64,000 nucleotides of DNA from Heterodontus francisci (taxonomy: Eukaryota). The position numbers and the translations under genes were made by a program. The stretch is from positions 10,230,001 to 10,294,000 of the forward strand of contig NC_090404.1 of NCBI RefSeq assembly GCF_036365525.1. Reading direction: 5' to 3'. This document shows, in pieces, positions 11,540 to 24,400 of this stretch (its first letter is position 1; each line of letters opens with the position of its first letter). The notes beneath the pieces are model-generated. The model had not been told where the DNA came from. It was given only the letters and a program-made list of their open reading frames with translations, and ran no database searches.

Positions 11540-14120
11540 CAGAGAATCATAGTAGGTATACGGCACAGAAAGAGGCCACTTGGCCCATTGTGTCTGCGCC
11601 AGCTGAAACACAAGCCACCCAGGCTAATACCACTTTTCAGCATTTGGTCCGTAGCCCTGCAGGTTATGCCACTTGAGGTGCACATCCAGACTCCTTTTAA
11701 ATGAGTTGAGATGACTGCCTCTACTACCCTTTCAGGAAGTGAGTTCCAGACCCCCACCACCCTCTGGGTGAAAAGATTTTTCCTCATCTCCCCTCTAATC
11801 TTTCCACCAATCACTTTAAATCTACGCCCCCCTCATCACTGACCTCTCTGCTCAGCTAAATAGGCCCTTTCCATCCACTCTATCCAGCCCCTCAGAATTT
11901 TGTACATCTCAATCAAATCTCCCCTCAGCCTCCTTCCAAGGAGAACAATGGCAGCTAATCCATTCTTTCCTCATAGCTGCATTTTTCCAGTCCTGGCAAC
12001 ATCCTTGTAAATCTCCTCTGTACCCTCTCTAGCATAATTACATCCTTTCTGTAATGAGGTGACCAGAATGGCACACAGTACTCGAGTTGTGGCCTAACCA
12101 ATGAGGTGTACAGCATAACCTCCCTGCTCTTATATTCTATATTATATTTTCTATTGAGAATTGGTTAACGGACAGAAAACAAAGAGTAGGAGTAAATGGG
12201 TCATTCTCAGGTTGGCAAGCTGTGACTGGTGGGGTACTGCAAGGATCATTGTTTGGGTCCCAGCTATTCACAATCTATATCAATGATTTGGATGTTGGGA
12301 CCAAATGTATTATTTCCAAGTTTGCTGACGACACAAAACTTGGGAATGAGTTGTGAGGAGGATGTAAAGAGCCTTCAAGGGGATTTAGACAGGCTAAGTG
12401 AGTGGATAAGAACATGGCAGATGGAATATAATGTGTAAAAATGTGAAGTTATCCACTTTGGTAGGAAAAACAGAAATGCAGAGTATTTCTTAAATGGTGG
12501 GAGATTAGAAAGTGTTGATGTCCAAAGGGACCTTGGTGTCCTTGTTCATAAGTCACTGAAAGATAACACGCAGATGCAGCATTGATGGGAAGTCAATGGT
12601 ATGTTGGCCTTTATTGCAAGAGGATTTGAGTACAAGAGTAAAGCAATCTTGCTGCAATTATATAGAACCTTGGTGAGATTGCACCTGGTCTTACCCAAGG
12701 AAGGATATACTTCCCATAGAAGAGTGCAATCAAAGAGCCGAGGAGTGGGACTGACTGGATAGCTCTGCAGAAAGCCAGCATGGAGTTGATGGGCTGAATG
12801 GCCTCCTTCTGTGCCATAAATGACTCTATATCTCGCCTAATAAAGGAAAGGATTCCATAAGCCTCCTTAATCAGTTTATCGACCTGTCCTGCTACCTTCA
12901 GGGATCTGTGGACATTCACTCCAAGGTCCCTCACTTCGTCCACACTTCTCAGTACTTTCCCGTTTATCGTGTATTCCTTTGCCTTATTTGACCTCCCCAA
13001 ATGCATCATCTCACACTTTTCCAGGTTGATTTCCATTTGCCACTTTCCTGCCCACCTGACCAGTCCAGTGATATCTTCCTGCGGTCTACAGCTATCCTCT
13101 TCGCTATCAACCACCTGGCCAATTTTTGTTTTGTCTGCAAACTTCTTTATCATGCCCCCTACATTTACATCCAAATCGTTAATATATACCACAAAAAGCA
13201 GGGGACCCAGTACTGAGCCCTGTGGAACACCACTGGACACAGCCCTCCAGTCGCTAAAACACCCATCAACAATTATGCTTTGTTTCCTGCCACTGAACCA
13301 ATTTTGTATCCAGCTTGCTGCATTTCCCTGGATCTCATGTACTTTTATTTTTTTAACCAGTCTGCCACGTGGGACCTTGTCAAAAGCCTTGCAAAACTCC
13401 ACGTAGACCACATCAACTGCATTACTCTTATCTATCTTCCTTGTTACTATAAAAATTCGATCAAGTTGGTCAAACGAGCTCTTCCCTTAACAAATCCATG
13501 CTCACTATCCTTGATTAACCTGTGCCTTTCTAAGTGACAGTTTATCCTGTCTCTCCGAATAGATTCGAATACTTTGTCCATTACTGTGGTTAGACTGATG
13601 GGCCTGTAATTATTCGGTCTATTCTTCACTCCCTTTTTAAAGAGGTACAACATTAGCAATTCTCCAATCCTCTGGCACGACACTGGTATTCAATGAGGAC
13701 TGGAAAATGATGGTGAGACCCTCTGCTATTTCCTCTCTTGCTTCTTTTAATAGCCTGGGGTACATTTCATCTGGCCCTGGAGACTTATCAACTTTCAAGG
13801 ATGCTAATGCCATTAATACTTCCTCTCTCCCTGTGTTTATCACATCCAATACCTCACGCTTCTTCTCCTTAACTACAATATCTGCATCACCCCCTCTTTT
13901 GTGAAGATAGACGCAAATTATTCATTAAGAACCATACCAACATCTTCTGCTCCGACACATGGGTTATCTTTTTGGTCTTTTACGGGCCCTACTCTCTCAG
14001 TTAACCTCTTAGTCTGAATGTATTGATAAAACATCTTTGGGTTCACCTTGATTTTGCTTGCCAATATTCTTTCATGCCCTCTCTTTGCTTTCCTAAATTA
14101 CTTTTTGATTTCACCTCAGC
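11540..14120. mobile_element. Mosaic of CR1 fragments: 11540-12140 (-), 12145-12720 (+), 12720-14120 (-)
   Basis: ORFs with [39 protein letters not shown] and FTQRVVGVWNSLP on alternating strands. Confidence 0.9.
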
Positions 14121-14169
14121 TTTCTGTCGTATTGTGAAGCCGGTTTAGACATTTCTCCCTGATCGCAGC

Positions 14170-14750
14170 TGCTGTTCGGGAGTGACGTCCATCTTTCTAT
14201 GGGGCTGCGATGCTTCATTTCGCCTGGTTTAATCACATTCGTGCAGATTTGCCCCGAACAAAGATGGCGATGATGGGGGCGGGGTGTGACGTTTCTCCCT
14301 GAGCGCAGCAGTGCGCGAGTGGCGGTTGTCGGAGTCGCGCGGAGGATTTGTTCCACATCCGGAAGTTCGAGCGGAAACGTTTAACGTTCGCCGGCGTTGC
14401 CATGGCTGCGGGGGCGGGGCTTGGTAACGGCGGGCGCCGGCACAGGTTGGCCATTGAGCTCAGCTGCAGCAGCGGCAGGTGAGCGGCCAGGAGCAAGGCC
14501 GCGGAGAGAGCCTGGTGCTCGAGTGGGAGGCGGCTGCCGGCAGGCCCCTCTCTTTGGAAGGACACCACTCTGACTGGGGCCACCCACAACACTGAAACAC
14601 GGGGATTTTAATGTCACAGCCTTTGAGGGGGAGGCAATGGGTGTGAGAAAACCTGGTTGATAATTACTGAGCTTGGATGGGTTTTGGTGTCTCCAGTGGG
14701 TGGGCTTCAGATTTTCCACCAGTCCCTTTGAGGAAAGGACTGGCTGCAAG
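14170..14750 (+). promoter_or_regulatory. CpG promoter and non-coding first exon of zinc-finger unit 2
   Basis: YY1-type AAGATGGCG 14261-14269, GC boxes, TGACGT, ETS-type CCGGAAGT 14359-14366, donor CAG|GTGAGC at 14479. Close paralogue at 26805-27375. Confidence 0.8.
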
Positions 14751-14754
14751 TTTT

Positions 14755-15345
14755 TACTAATTCATTCTTGGGATGTGGGCATCGCTGGCAAAGCTGGTAT
14801 TTATTACCCTGTCCCTAGTCACCCCTTGAGAAGGTGCTGGTGGTGGGCGGCCGCCTCCTTGAACCGGTTTCATACGACTGAGTGGCTCGTTCGGCCACTT
14901 CAGGGGCAGTTAATAGTCAACCATGTTAGTGTAAGACTTCAGTCACATATACAGGCCCAGACCGGGTAAGGTTGGCAGGTTTACATCACTCGAAGTGCGT
15001 TAACGAAACAATATTACACTAATTGTGAAAAAGCGGGCTATGTGGTCCTTTATCCCTTTGCTGTTTGTGGGATCTTGCTGTGTGCAGCTTGGGCTGCCCA
15101 CATTACCTTACGTTACAGGAGTGAGTACGCATTTTAAAGGTGCTTAATTGACTGTAAACCACTTTGGAATGTCCTGAGGTCGGCAAAGGTGCAGTATAAA
15201 TGAATGTTCTTAGACAATCCAGCAGCTTCATGGTCATTTCTACTGACAACCAACTTTTTTATTTCCAGATTTTGACTTCCAACGCTCAAACTGCCATGGC
15301 AGGATTCGAACTCACGGCCTCTGCATCAATGTAACAGAACCGCGA
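14755..15345 (-). mobile_element. Second variant of the tRNA-head SINE (longer LINE-derived tail), split by a DeuSINE fragment
   Basis: Tail at 14755-14865, body at 14866-15005, head remnant with B box (rc of ggcaggattcgaactc, ~15298-15313). Partly duplicated at 27380-27640. Confidence 0.7.
15020..15210 (+). mobile_element. DeuSINE (AmnSINE1/SacSINE1-like) 3' fragment with L2-type tail
   Basis: gctgtttgtgggatcttgctgtg...ggctgcc...gactgtaaaccactttggaatgtcctgaggtc...aaaggtgcagtataaatg. Truncated copy at 27640-27745. Confidence 0.7.
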
Positions 15346-15386
15346 CTGAGTGCTGTGTGACAGTGTTTAATTCGGGAATTTGGTAA

Positions 15387-15735
15387 GTTTTTTTATTTAT
15401 TTCGAGATACAGCACTGAAACAGGTCCTTTGGCCCACCGAGTCTGTGCCGACCATCAACCACCCATTTATACTAATCCTACATTAATCCCATATTCCTTT
15501 CACATCCCCACCTGTCCCTATATTTCCCTACCACCTACCTATACTAGGGGAAATTTATAATGGCCAATTTACCTATCAACCTGCAAGTCTTTGGCATGTG
15601 GGAGGAAACCGGAGCACCCGGAGAAAACCCACGCAGACACAGGGAGAACTTGCAAACTCCGCACAGGCATTAACCAGAATTGAACCCGGGTCCCTGGAGC
15701 TGTGAGGCTGCGGTGCTAACCACTGCGCCACTGTG
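15387..15735 (-). mobile_element. V-SINE (HE1-like), tRNA-derived
   Basis: Reverse complement has A box tggcgcagtgg, B box ggttcaattc, V-domain (gagtttgcaagttctccctgtgtctgcgtgggttttctccgggtgctccggtttcctcccac) and a CR1-type tail. Confidence 0.92.
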
Positions 15736-16552
15736 GGAATTTCAAGGGGGTTGATCTCTTTCTAAAATCTAGTCATGTTTCCATTCAGCATTTAACTTTA
15801 ACATTAAATTGTAGTTTCTTTCTATCGTAGTCAATGGTAAACAAGCTGCTTGCTAGTGTCAACTGCACAGTTAGTTACTTAGGTAGCTAGTTAGAACTGG
15901 TTCCCCAGTCAGCAGGGCCTGACTCAGGTCTCTGGATTCTCGTTAGTATCAATACAGGAGGTTTTGCTAATGCACAAAGTAAGCAGCAGTTTAAGCCGGT
16001 ACTGACAAGATAAAAGTCTTTTATTAAATTTTTGGCTTTACTATTTGAACTACTTAATATAACTACAAATTATCAGTGCTATTTCTAAACTTGAAACCTA
16101 ACTAGTTCAACAAAACCCAATAAAGATGGACGGGCAGGTGACATGTTGCAGCAGTAGCATGTGGGAGCTGATGGATACCAGTGTGATCCACTGCAACCAT
16201 ATCTGCAGCTCGAGGAGCTTCAGCTCAGAGTTGATGAGCTGGAGTCCAATTTTCAGACATTGTGATGCATTAGGGAGGGGGAAAGTTACCTGGACACTTT
16301 GTTTCAAGAGGCTGTCACACTCCTTAGGCTAGGTACTTCAGATTTGGTCCACGCTCAGGGACAGGAGGATGTGTTTGCGAGTGTATGGGGATCCAGAACG
16401 TAGCACTGGAGGAGCCTCAGTCCCTGCAGTTGTTCAACAGATTCGAGGTTTTTGCAGCTTGTGTGGAAGAGAGCAGGGACTTCAGGATTGATAAGCAAAC
16501 TGACCATAGCATCATGCTGCAGGGTACTATTCAAGTAGGCGGAGTAAAAGGG

Positions 16553-16689
16553 AATAAAAGCAAAATACTGCGGATGCTGGAAATCTGAAATAAAAACAAG
16601 AAATGCTGGAACCACTCAGCAGGTCTGGCAGCATCTGTGGAAAGAGAAGCAGAGTTAACGTTTCGGGTCAGTGACCCTTCTTCGGAACT
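16553..16689 (-). mobile_element. Penelope-like terminal fragment carrying a minimal hammerhead motif
   Basis: Same tail as 43811-43910 and 53751-53855. Flanked by a near-direct repeat cggagtaaaagg(g)aat. Confidence 0.85.
16653..16689 (-). ncRNA. Minimal type I hammerhead ribozyme motif (U4C core variant)
   Basis: rc = AGUU CCGAAGA A GGGUC ACU GACCC GAAA CG UU AACU: stem I AGUU/AACU, stem II GGGUC/GACCC, palindromic ACGU stem III. Confidence 0.65.
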
Positions 16690-17053
16690 TCGGAGTAAAA
16701 GGAATGTAGTTGGAGGGGGCTAGATACTGTTCTGTGCAGCCAAGAGCATGAGTCCAGAAGGCTGTGCTGCCTGCCCAGGGCCAGGGTTAAGGACATCTCC
16801 TTGCGGCTGGAGAGGAACTTGGAGTGGGAGGGGAAGGATCCAGTTGTTCGGGTGCATGTGAGTACCAAAGACATAGGTAGGACTAAGAAAGAGGTTCTGC
16901 TGAGGGAGTATGAGCAACTAGGGGCTAAATTAAAAAAGCAGAATCTCAAAGGTGGTAATTTCTGGCTTACTACCTGAACCACAAGCTTAGGGTAAATAAG
17001 ATCAGAGAATTAAATGCATGGCTCAAACATTGGTGTGAGAGAAATGGGTTTCA

Positions 17054-19230
17054 GGGAGGCGATAGCAGGGGCTCTGACACAAATTTTCAAATCCTCTCTA
17101 GCCACAGGAGAGGTACTGGAGGACAGCGAATGTGGTACCATTATTCAAGAAGAGTAGCAGGGATAAACCAGTAATTGTAGGCCAGTGAGTCTAACATCAG
17201 TGGGAGGGAAATTATTGGAAAAAAATTCTGAGATACAGGATTAATCTCCACTTGGAGAGGCAGGGATTAATCAGGGATAGTCAGCATGGCTTTGTCAGGG
17301 GGAGATCGTGTCTAACAAATTTGATTGAATTTTTCGAGGAGGTGACTAGATGTGTAGATGAGGGTAAAGCAGTTGATGTATTAGAATTAGAACATCACAG
17401 CGCAGTACAGGCCCTTCGGCCCTCGATGTTGCGCCGACCTGTGAAACCATCTGACCTACACTATTCCATTTTCATCCATATGTCTATCCAATGACCACTT
17501 AAATGCCCTTAAAGTTGGCGAGTCTACTACTGTTGCAGGCAGGGCGTTCCATGCCCCTACTACTCTCTGAGTAAAGAAACTAACTCTGACATCTGTCCTA
17601 TATCTATCACCCCTCAACTTAAAGCTATGTCCCCTCGTGTTTGCCATCACCATCCGAGGAAAAAGACTCTCACTATCCACCCTATCTAACCCTCTGATTA
17701 TCTTATATGTCTCTATTAAGTCACCTCTCCTCCTCCTTCTCTCCAACGAAAACAACCTCAAGTCCCTCAGCCTTTCCTCGTAAGACCTTCCCTCCATACC
17801 AGGCAACATCCTAGTAAATCTCCTCTGCACCCTTTCCAAAGCTTCCACATCCTTCCTATAATGCGGTGACCAGAACTGCACGCAATACTCCAGGTGCGGT
17901 CTCACCAGAGTTTTGTACAGCTGCAGCATGACCTCATGGCTCCGAAACTCGACCCCCCTACTAATAAAAGCTAACACACCATATGCCTTCTTAACAGCCC
18001 TATTAACCTGGGTAGCAACCTTCAGGGATTTATGCACCTGGACACCAAGATCTCTCTGAAGTCTACATGGACTTCAGTAAGGCTTTTGATAAGGTCCCGC
18101 ATGGGAGATTGGTTAAGAAGGTAAGAGCCCGTGGGATCCAGGGTAATTTGGCAAATTGGATTCAAAATTGGTTTAGTGGAAGGAGGCAGAGGGTGATGGT
18201 CGAAGGTTGTTTTTGTGAATGGAGGCCTGAGAACAGTGGGGTACCGCAGGGATCGTTGCTGGGACCCTTACTGTTTGTAGTGTACATTAATGATTTAGAC
18301 GTGAATATAGTAGGTATGATCAGTAAGTTTGCAGATGGCATGAAAGTTGGTGGTGTCGTAAATAGTGAGGAGGAAAGCCTTAGATTACAGGATGATATAG
18401 ATGGGCGGAGCTGTGGCAGATGGAGTTTAATGCTGAGAAGTGTGAAGTGATGCACTTTGGGAGGACTAACAAGGCAAGAGAATATACAATGGATGGTAGG
18501 ACCCTAGGGAGTACAGAGGGTCAGAGTGACCTTGGAGTACTTGTCCTTAGATCACTAAAGGCAGCAGCACAGGTAGATAAGGTGGTTAGGAAGGCATACG
18601 GGATACTTGCCTTTATTAGCCGAGACATAGAATATAAGAGCAGGGAGGTTATGTTAGAGCTGTATAAAATGCTGGTTAGGCCACAGCTGGAGTACTGTGT
18701 ACAGTTCTGGTCACCACACTATAGAAAGGATGGGATTGCACTGGAGAGGGTGCAGAGGAGATTCACCAGGATGTTTTCTCGGCTGGAGCATTTCAGTTGT
18801 GAAGAGAGACTGGATAGGCTGGGGTTGTTTTCCTTTGAGCAGAGAAGGCCGAGGGGGGACCTGATTGAGGTATACAAAATTGAGGGGCATTGATAGGATA
18901 GATAGGAAGGAACTTTTTCCCTTAGTGAAGGGGTCAGTAACCAGGGGGCATGGATTTAAGGTAAGGGGAAGGAGGTTTAGGGGGGAGTGGAGGAAAAAAA
19001 ATTTCACGCAGAGGATCGTTGGAATCTGGAACACACTGCCTGAAGGGGTGGTAGAAGTAGGGACCCTCACAACATTTAAGAAGTATTTAGATGAGCACTT
19101 GGCACGTAGCCTTGTATGCTATGGCGTTTTAAGTGCTGGAAAATGGGATTAGATTGGACAGGTGCTTGATGGTCGGTGCAGGCGCGTTGGGCCGAAGGGC
19201 CCGTTTCTGTGCTGTAAAACTCTATGACTC
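17054..19230 (+). mobile_element. 5'-truncated CR1 nested in the previous CR1
   Basis: [45 protein letters not shown], and 3' tail ...gggccgaagggcccgtttctgtgctgtaaaactctatgactct. Confidence 0.9.
17383..18057 (-). mobile_element. Young CR1 3' fragment nested inside 17054-19230
   Basis: Uninterrupted 193-aa ORF2 C-terminus (17456-18037) with a (ttctaa)n tail. Splits the host at AVDV|YMDFSKAFD. Confidence 0.92.
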
Positions 19231-20112
19231 TAATTGATGGGTCACTGGCATCAGTTCTGAGGAAAGAGGGAGCTGTACCGTTGGGACAGTCTTCACCTCA
19301 ACTGTGCTGGGACCAGAGTCCTGATAAGTCGTATAACTAGGGCTGGGCTGCAGAAAGGGCTTTAAATTAAGTAGCGGGGGTGGGTGGAGGAAGTGTGGGT
19401 TCATGTGAGGGCAGATTTGAAAATTTAAAGCGAAAGGACAAGGCAATAGTGCAGGGTAGCGATACGGGTAATGGCAACTAGGGTGTGACAGGAAGGGACA
19501 GAGTGTACCAGCAAATATGGTCAGAGTCGGGACAAAAATGGCTTTCAACTATTAGAGGCAGAGGAGGGTTTGGATGAAGGGAAATTTAGAAATCCAAAGA
19601 TGAAAGTTGAGGTAATCGAAAAGTTTATTGATGTGGGTAAAGACAAGCTGAGTGGGACAGGAAGGGACAGAAAGTTTAACGGTAACAGTGCTTCAGAGAG
19701 TAAGGACCCTGCAGGGAATAGTAGTTAAAAATAAAATTGAAGTCACTTTATCTGAATGCATGGAGCATCCGCAATAAGATAGATGAACTTGAGTCATAAA
19801 TAGAGATAAATGGTTTAGAGCTAATCGCCATCACAGAGATATGATTACAAGCTGACAAAGGCTGGGAAATAAATATTCCAGGGTATGTGATATTTCAAAA
19901 AGACAGAGAGAATGGAAAAGGAGGAGGACTGGCCCTGATATTAAAGGATGACAAAAGGACATGAGTGAGAAAGGATCTTGGTTCAGAAAATCAGGAAGTA
20001 GAATTAGCATGGGTGGAGATTCGGGATAGCAAGGGTCGGAAAATGCTGGTGGGAGTAGTTTATAGGCCCCCTGACTGTAGATTGGTCCCTGGGATGAGAG
20101 GCTGAGTAAAAT

Positions 20113-20470
20113 GGGCAGCACAGTGGCGCAGTGGTTAGCACTGCAGCCTCACAGCTCCAGGGACCCGGGTTCGATTCTGGGTACTGCCTGTGTGGAGTTT
20201 GCAAGTTCTCCCTGTGTCTGCGTGGGTTTTCTCCGGGTGCTCCGGTTTCCTCCCACAAGCCAAAAGACTTGCAGGTTGATAGGTAAATTGGCCATTATAA
20301 ATTGTCACTAGTATAGGTAGGTGGTAGGGAAAATATAGGAACAGGTGGGGATGTTTGGTAGGAATATGGGATTAGTGTAGGATTAGTATAAATGGGTGGT
20401 TGATGGTCGGCACAGACTCGGTGGGCCGAAGGGCCTGTTTCAGTGCTGTATCTCTAATCTAATCTAATCT
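20113..20470 (+). mobile_element. V-SINE (HE1-like), full length
   Basis: gggcagcacagtggcgcagtggttagcac...ggttcgattc, V-domain, CR1-type tail ending (tctaa)n. Confidence 0.93.
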
Positions 20471-21460
20471 ATTCTCTGGAGTTTCGAAGAATCTAATTGA
20501 AACATTCAAGATTATGAAGGGGCTTGACAGGGTAGATACTGAGAGATTTTTTAAAAATGTGATTAGGGTTTCTACCTCGACCTCCCTTTCAAACAGTGAG
20601 TTTCAGAGCCCCATCGCCCTCTGGGGTGAAAATTTCTCCCACTTCCCTTCTAATCCTTCTCCTAATGACTTTAAATCGATGCCCCCCTCACTATTGACCT
20701 TTCTGCTTAGGGAAAAATATATCCTTCCTATTCACTATCTTGGCGCCTCATAATTCTATACCCCTCAATTAAATCACCCCCTCAGCCTCGCCTGTTCCAA
20801 AGAAAACAGCCCCAGCTTATCCTATCTTTCCTCGTAGCTGAAATTCTCTATTTCTGGTACATCTTCATAAATCTTTCTACCGTCTCCAGTGTGATCACGT
20901 CCTTCCTGTAACATGATCAGAACTGTACGCAGTTCTCCATCTGCAGTCTAACTATGCTTTATACAGTTCTAGCATGACCTCCCTGCTCTTATATTCTGTC
21001 CTTGACTAATATACATATGCCGCCTTAACCACCTTATCTACCTGCCCAGCCACCTTCAGGCATCTGTGGACATGCACTCCAAGGTCCCTCTGTTCCTCTA
21101 CACTTTGCAGGATCCTACCATTCACTCTGCATTCCTTTGCCTTCTTTGCCCTCCCCAAATGCATTACCTCATACTTCTCCGGATTGAACTCCATTTGCCA
21201 TTTTTCTTCCACCTGACCAGTCCATTGATATCTTCCTGCAGTCTACAACTTTCTTCCACACTCAACCACACAGCCAATTTTTGGATCATCAACAAATTTC
21301 TTAATCTTGCCGCTACATTTAAGTCTAAATCAATGATATATGCCACAAAAAGCAAGGGACTGAGGACTGAGCCCTGTGCATCCCCACTGGAAACAGCCTT
21401 CCGGTCACAAGACACCCGTCGACCATTATCCTTTGCTTCCTGGCACTGAGCCAGTTGTGG
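20470..21460 (-). mobile_element. CR1 fragments (short + piece 20470-20548, then - strand RT fragment)
   Basis: WQMEFNPEK.EVMHLGR, QGSVLSPLLF motifs. Confidence 0.85.
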
Positions 21461-21464
21461 ACCC

Positions 21465-24400
21465 AAATGTGTTCCAGTGCACTAACTGTGGAAAGAGTTT
21501 TAACCAGTTACACAGCCTGAAAAAAAAATTGTCCCATTCACAGGAGGGAGAAACCAGACACTAGTTCTGTGTGTGAACGAGGCTTCTACTGGAGAGACAC
21601 AAGCACACTCGTGCTATGGAAAAGCCACGGAAATGTGGGGACTGTGGGAAGGGATTCAGTTACCCATCCCATCTTGAAATTCATCAACGTAGTCACACTG
21701 GGGAGAGGCCTGCTCCATGTGTGGGAAGGGATTCAAAGAGTTATTCAGTCTCCACAGGCATATGCGAGTTCACACTAGGGAGAGGCCGTTCACCTGCTCC
21801 ATGTGCAGGAAGGGATTCACAAGATTATCCAGTCTCCACAGGCACATGCAAGTTCATGCAGGGGAGAGGCCTTTCCCTTTCTCCATGTGTGGGAATGAAC
21901 TCACTCAGTGATCCACCCTGCTGAAACATCAGAGAAATCACACTGGGCAGAGACCATTCACCTGCTCAATTTGTGGGAAGGGATACGAACATACGAATTA
22001 GGAGCAGGAGTAGGCCACTCGGCCCTTCGAGCCTGCTCCACCATTCAATAAGTTCATGGCTGAACTGATTACTGCATATTTCCACCTACCCCCGATAACC
22101 TTCCACCCCCTTGCTTATCAAGAATCTATCTCCCTCTGCCTTAAAAATATTCAAAGACTCTGCTTCCACCGCCTTTTGAGGAAGAGAATTCCAAAGACTC
22201 ACAACCCTCAGAGAAAAAATTTCTTCTTATCTCTGTCTTAAATGGGCGACCCCTTATTTTTAAACAGTGACCCCTAGTTCTAGATTCTCCCAAAAGTGGT
22301 AACATTCCCTCCACTTCCACATCCTGTCAAGACCCCTCAGGATCTTATATGTTTCAATCAAGTCGCCTCTAACTCTACTAAATTCCAGCGGATACAAGCC
22401 TAACCTGTCCAATCTTTCCTCGTAAGGCAGCCCACCCATTCCAGGTATTAGTCTCGTAAGCCTTCTCTGTACCTCCTCCAACGCATTTACATCCTTCCTT
22501 AAATAAGGAGACCAGAACTGTACACAGTACTCCAGATGTGGTCTCACAAATGCCCTGTATAGCTGAAGCATAACCTCTCTACTTTTGTATTCAATTCCCC
22601 TCGCGATAAACGATAACATTCTATTAGCTTTCCTAATTACATGCTGTACCTGCATACTGACCTTTTGCGATTCATGCACTCGGACACCCAGATTCTTCTG
22701 CATCTCCAAGCTCTGCAATCTCTCACCATTTCGATAATATGTTTTTTTATTCTTCCTGCCAAAGTGGACAATTTCATACTTTCCCACATTATACTCAGTT
22801 TGCCAGGTCTTTTCCCACTCACTTAACCTATCTATATCCCTTTATAGCTCCCTATGTACTCTTCACAGGTTACTTTCCTACCTATCTTTGTGTCATCAGC
22901 AAATTTAGCAACCATACCTTCAGTCCCTTCATGTAAGTCATTTATATAAATTGTAACAATTGTAACATTGCACATGTAACTCCCTCAAAGAACTCCAATA
23001 AATTGATTAAACATGATATCCCTTTCACAAAGCCATGTTTATACTCTGCCTGATTACCTTGAATTTTTCTAAATGCCCTGCTATAACGTCTTTAATTACA
23101 GCTTCTAACATTTTTCCTCAGACAGATTAAGCTAACTGGCCTGTAGTTTCCTGCTTTCTGTCTCCCTCCCTGTTTGAATAAAGGAGTTACATTTGTTATT
23201 TTCCAATCTAATGGAACCTTCCCTGAATCTAGGGAATTTTGGAAAATTAAAACTAATGCATCAACTATCTCACTAGCCACTTCTTTTAACACCCTAAGAT
23301 GAAGTCCATCAGGACCCGGGGACTTGTCAGCCTGCAGCTCCAACAATTTATTCAGTACCACGTCCCTGGTGATTGTAATTCTTTTGAGTTCCTCCTTCCC
23401 TTCCATTTCCTGAGTCACAGCAAATATTGGAATGTTACTTGTATCCTCAATAGTGAAGACCGATGCAAAATATTTGTTCAATTCATCTGCCATCTCTTTT
23501 TTATCCATTATTAATTCCCCAGACTCACTTTCTATAGGATCAACGCTCACTTTAACTTTTTTCTTTTTTAAATATCTATAGACACTCTTACTATGTCTTT
23601 ATAGTTGTAGCTAGCTTTCTCTCGTACTCTAATTTTACCTTCCTCGGCAATCTTTTAGTCATTCTTTGCTGTTTTTAATATTCTGTCCAATCTTCTGACC
23701 TGCCTCCCATCTTTGCACAATTATAGGCTTTTTCTTTAAGTATGATACTGTCTTTAATTATTTTAGATAACCACGGATGGTGGGTCCCACTCTTGGAATT
23801 TTTCTTTCTTGTTGAAATGTATCTATTCTGTGTATTCTGAAATATCCCCTTAAATGTCTGCCACTGCATCTCTATTGACCTATCTGTTAACCTAATTTGC
23901 CAGTTCACTTTAGCTTGCTCTGCTTTCATGCCCTCATAATTGCCCTCAGTTAAGTTTAAAGTACTAGTCATGGACCCACTCTTCTCTCCCTCAAACTGAA
24001 TGTAAATTGCAATCATATTATGATTGCTGCTGCCCAGGGGCGCCTTAACTATGAGGTCATTAATTAATCGGATCTCATTGCACAATACCAAGTCTAGTAT
24101 AGCCTGCTCTCTGGTTGGCTCCAGAACGTATTGTTCCAAGAAATTATCCCGAAAACATTCTCATCTCTACCCAAACTGCTTCGACATCCTGGTCTGCTGA
24201 ACTTAGGTCATCCCTCTCTATTGCACTAATAATTCACTCAGTCATTCAGCCTACTGAGACACCAGAGAATTCACACTGGGAAAAACCATTCACCTGCTCC
24301 ATCTGTGGGAAGGGATTCACACAAAAATCCAACCTGCTGGCCCACCAACGGCTTCGCACTGGGGAGAAGCCGTTCTCATGCTCCATGTGTAAGAAGGAAT

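Larger units (their letters stand above)
15345..20100 (+). mobile_element. CR1 5' half (5'UTR, ORF1, endonuclease start) hosting nested insertions
   Basis: ORF1 start at 16126 (MDGQVTCCSSSMWEL). Esterase region 16720-17053 resumes at ~19232. Endonuclease start (YLNA.SIRNKIDEL) at ~19745-20080. Confidence 0.82.

Noticed and set aside
14673-14969. 98-aa ORF almost identical to 27297-27593
   Set aside because: Identity reflects the segmental duplication; the sequence is intronic and largely antisense SINE.
20113-20185. tRNA gene-like sequence (also rc at 15665-15735, 26730-26785, 44790-44858, 10975-11060)
   Set aside because: A/B boxes continue into SINE bodies and LINE-derived tails; these are SINE heads, not tRNA genes.
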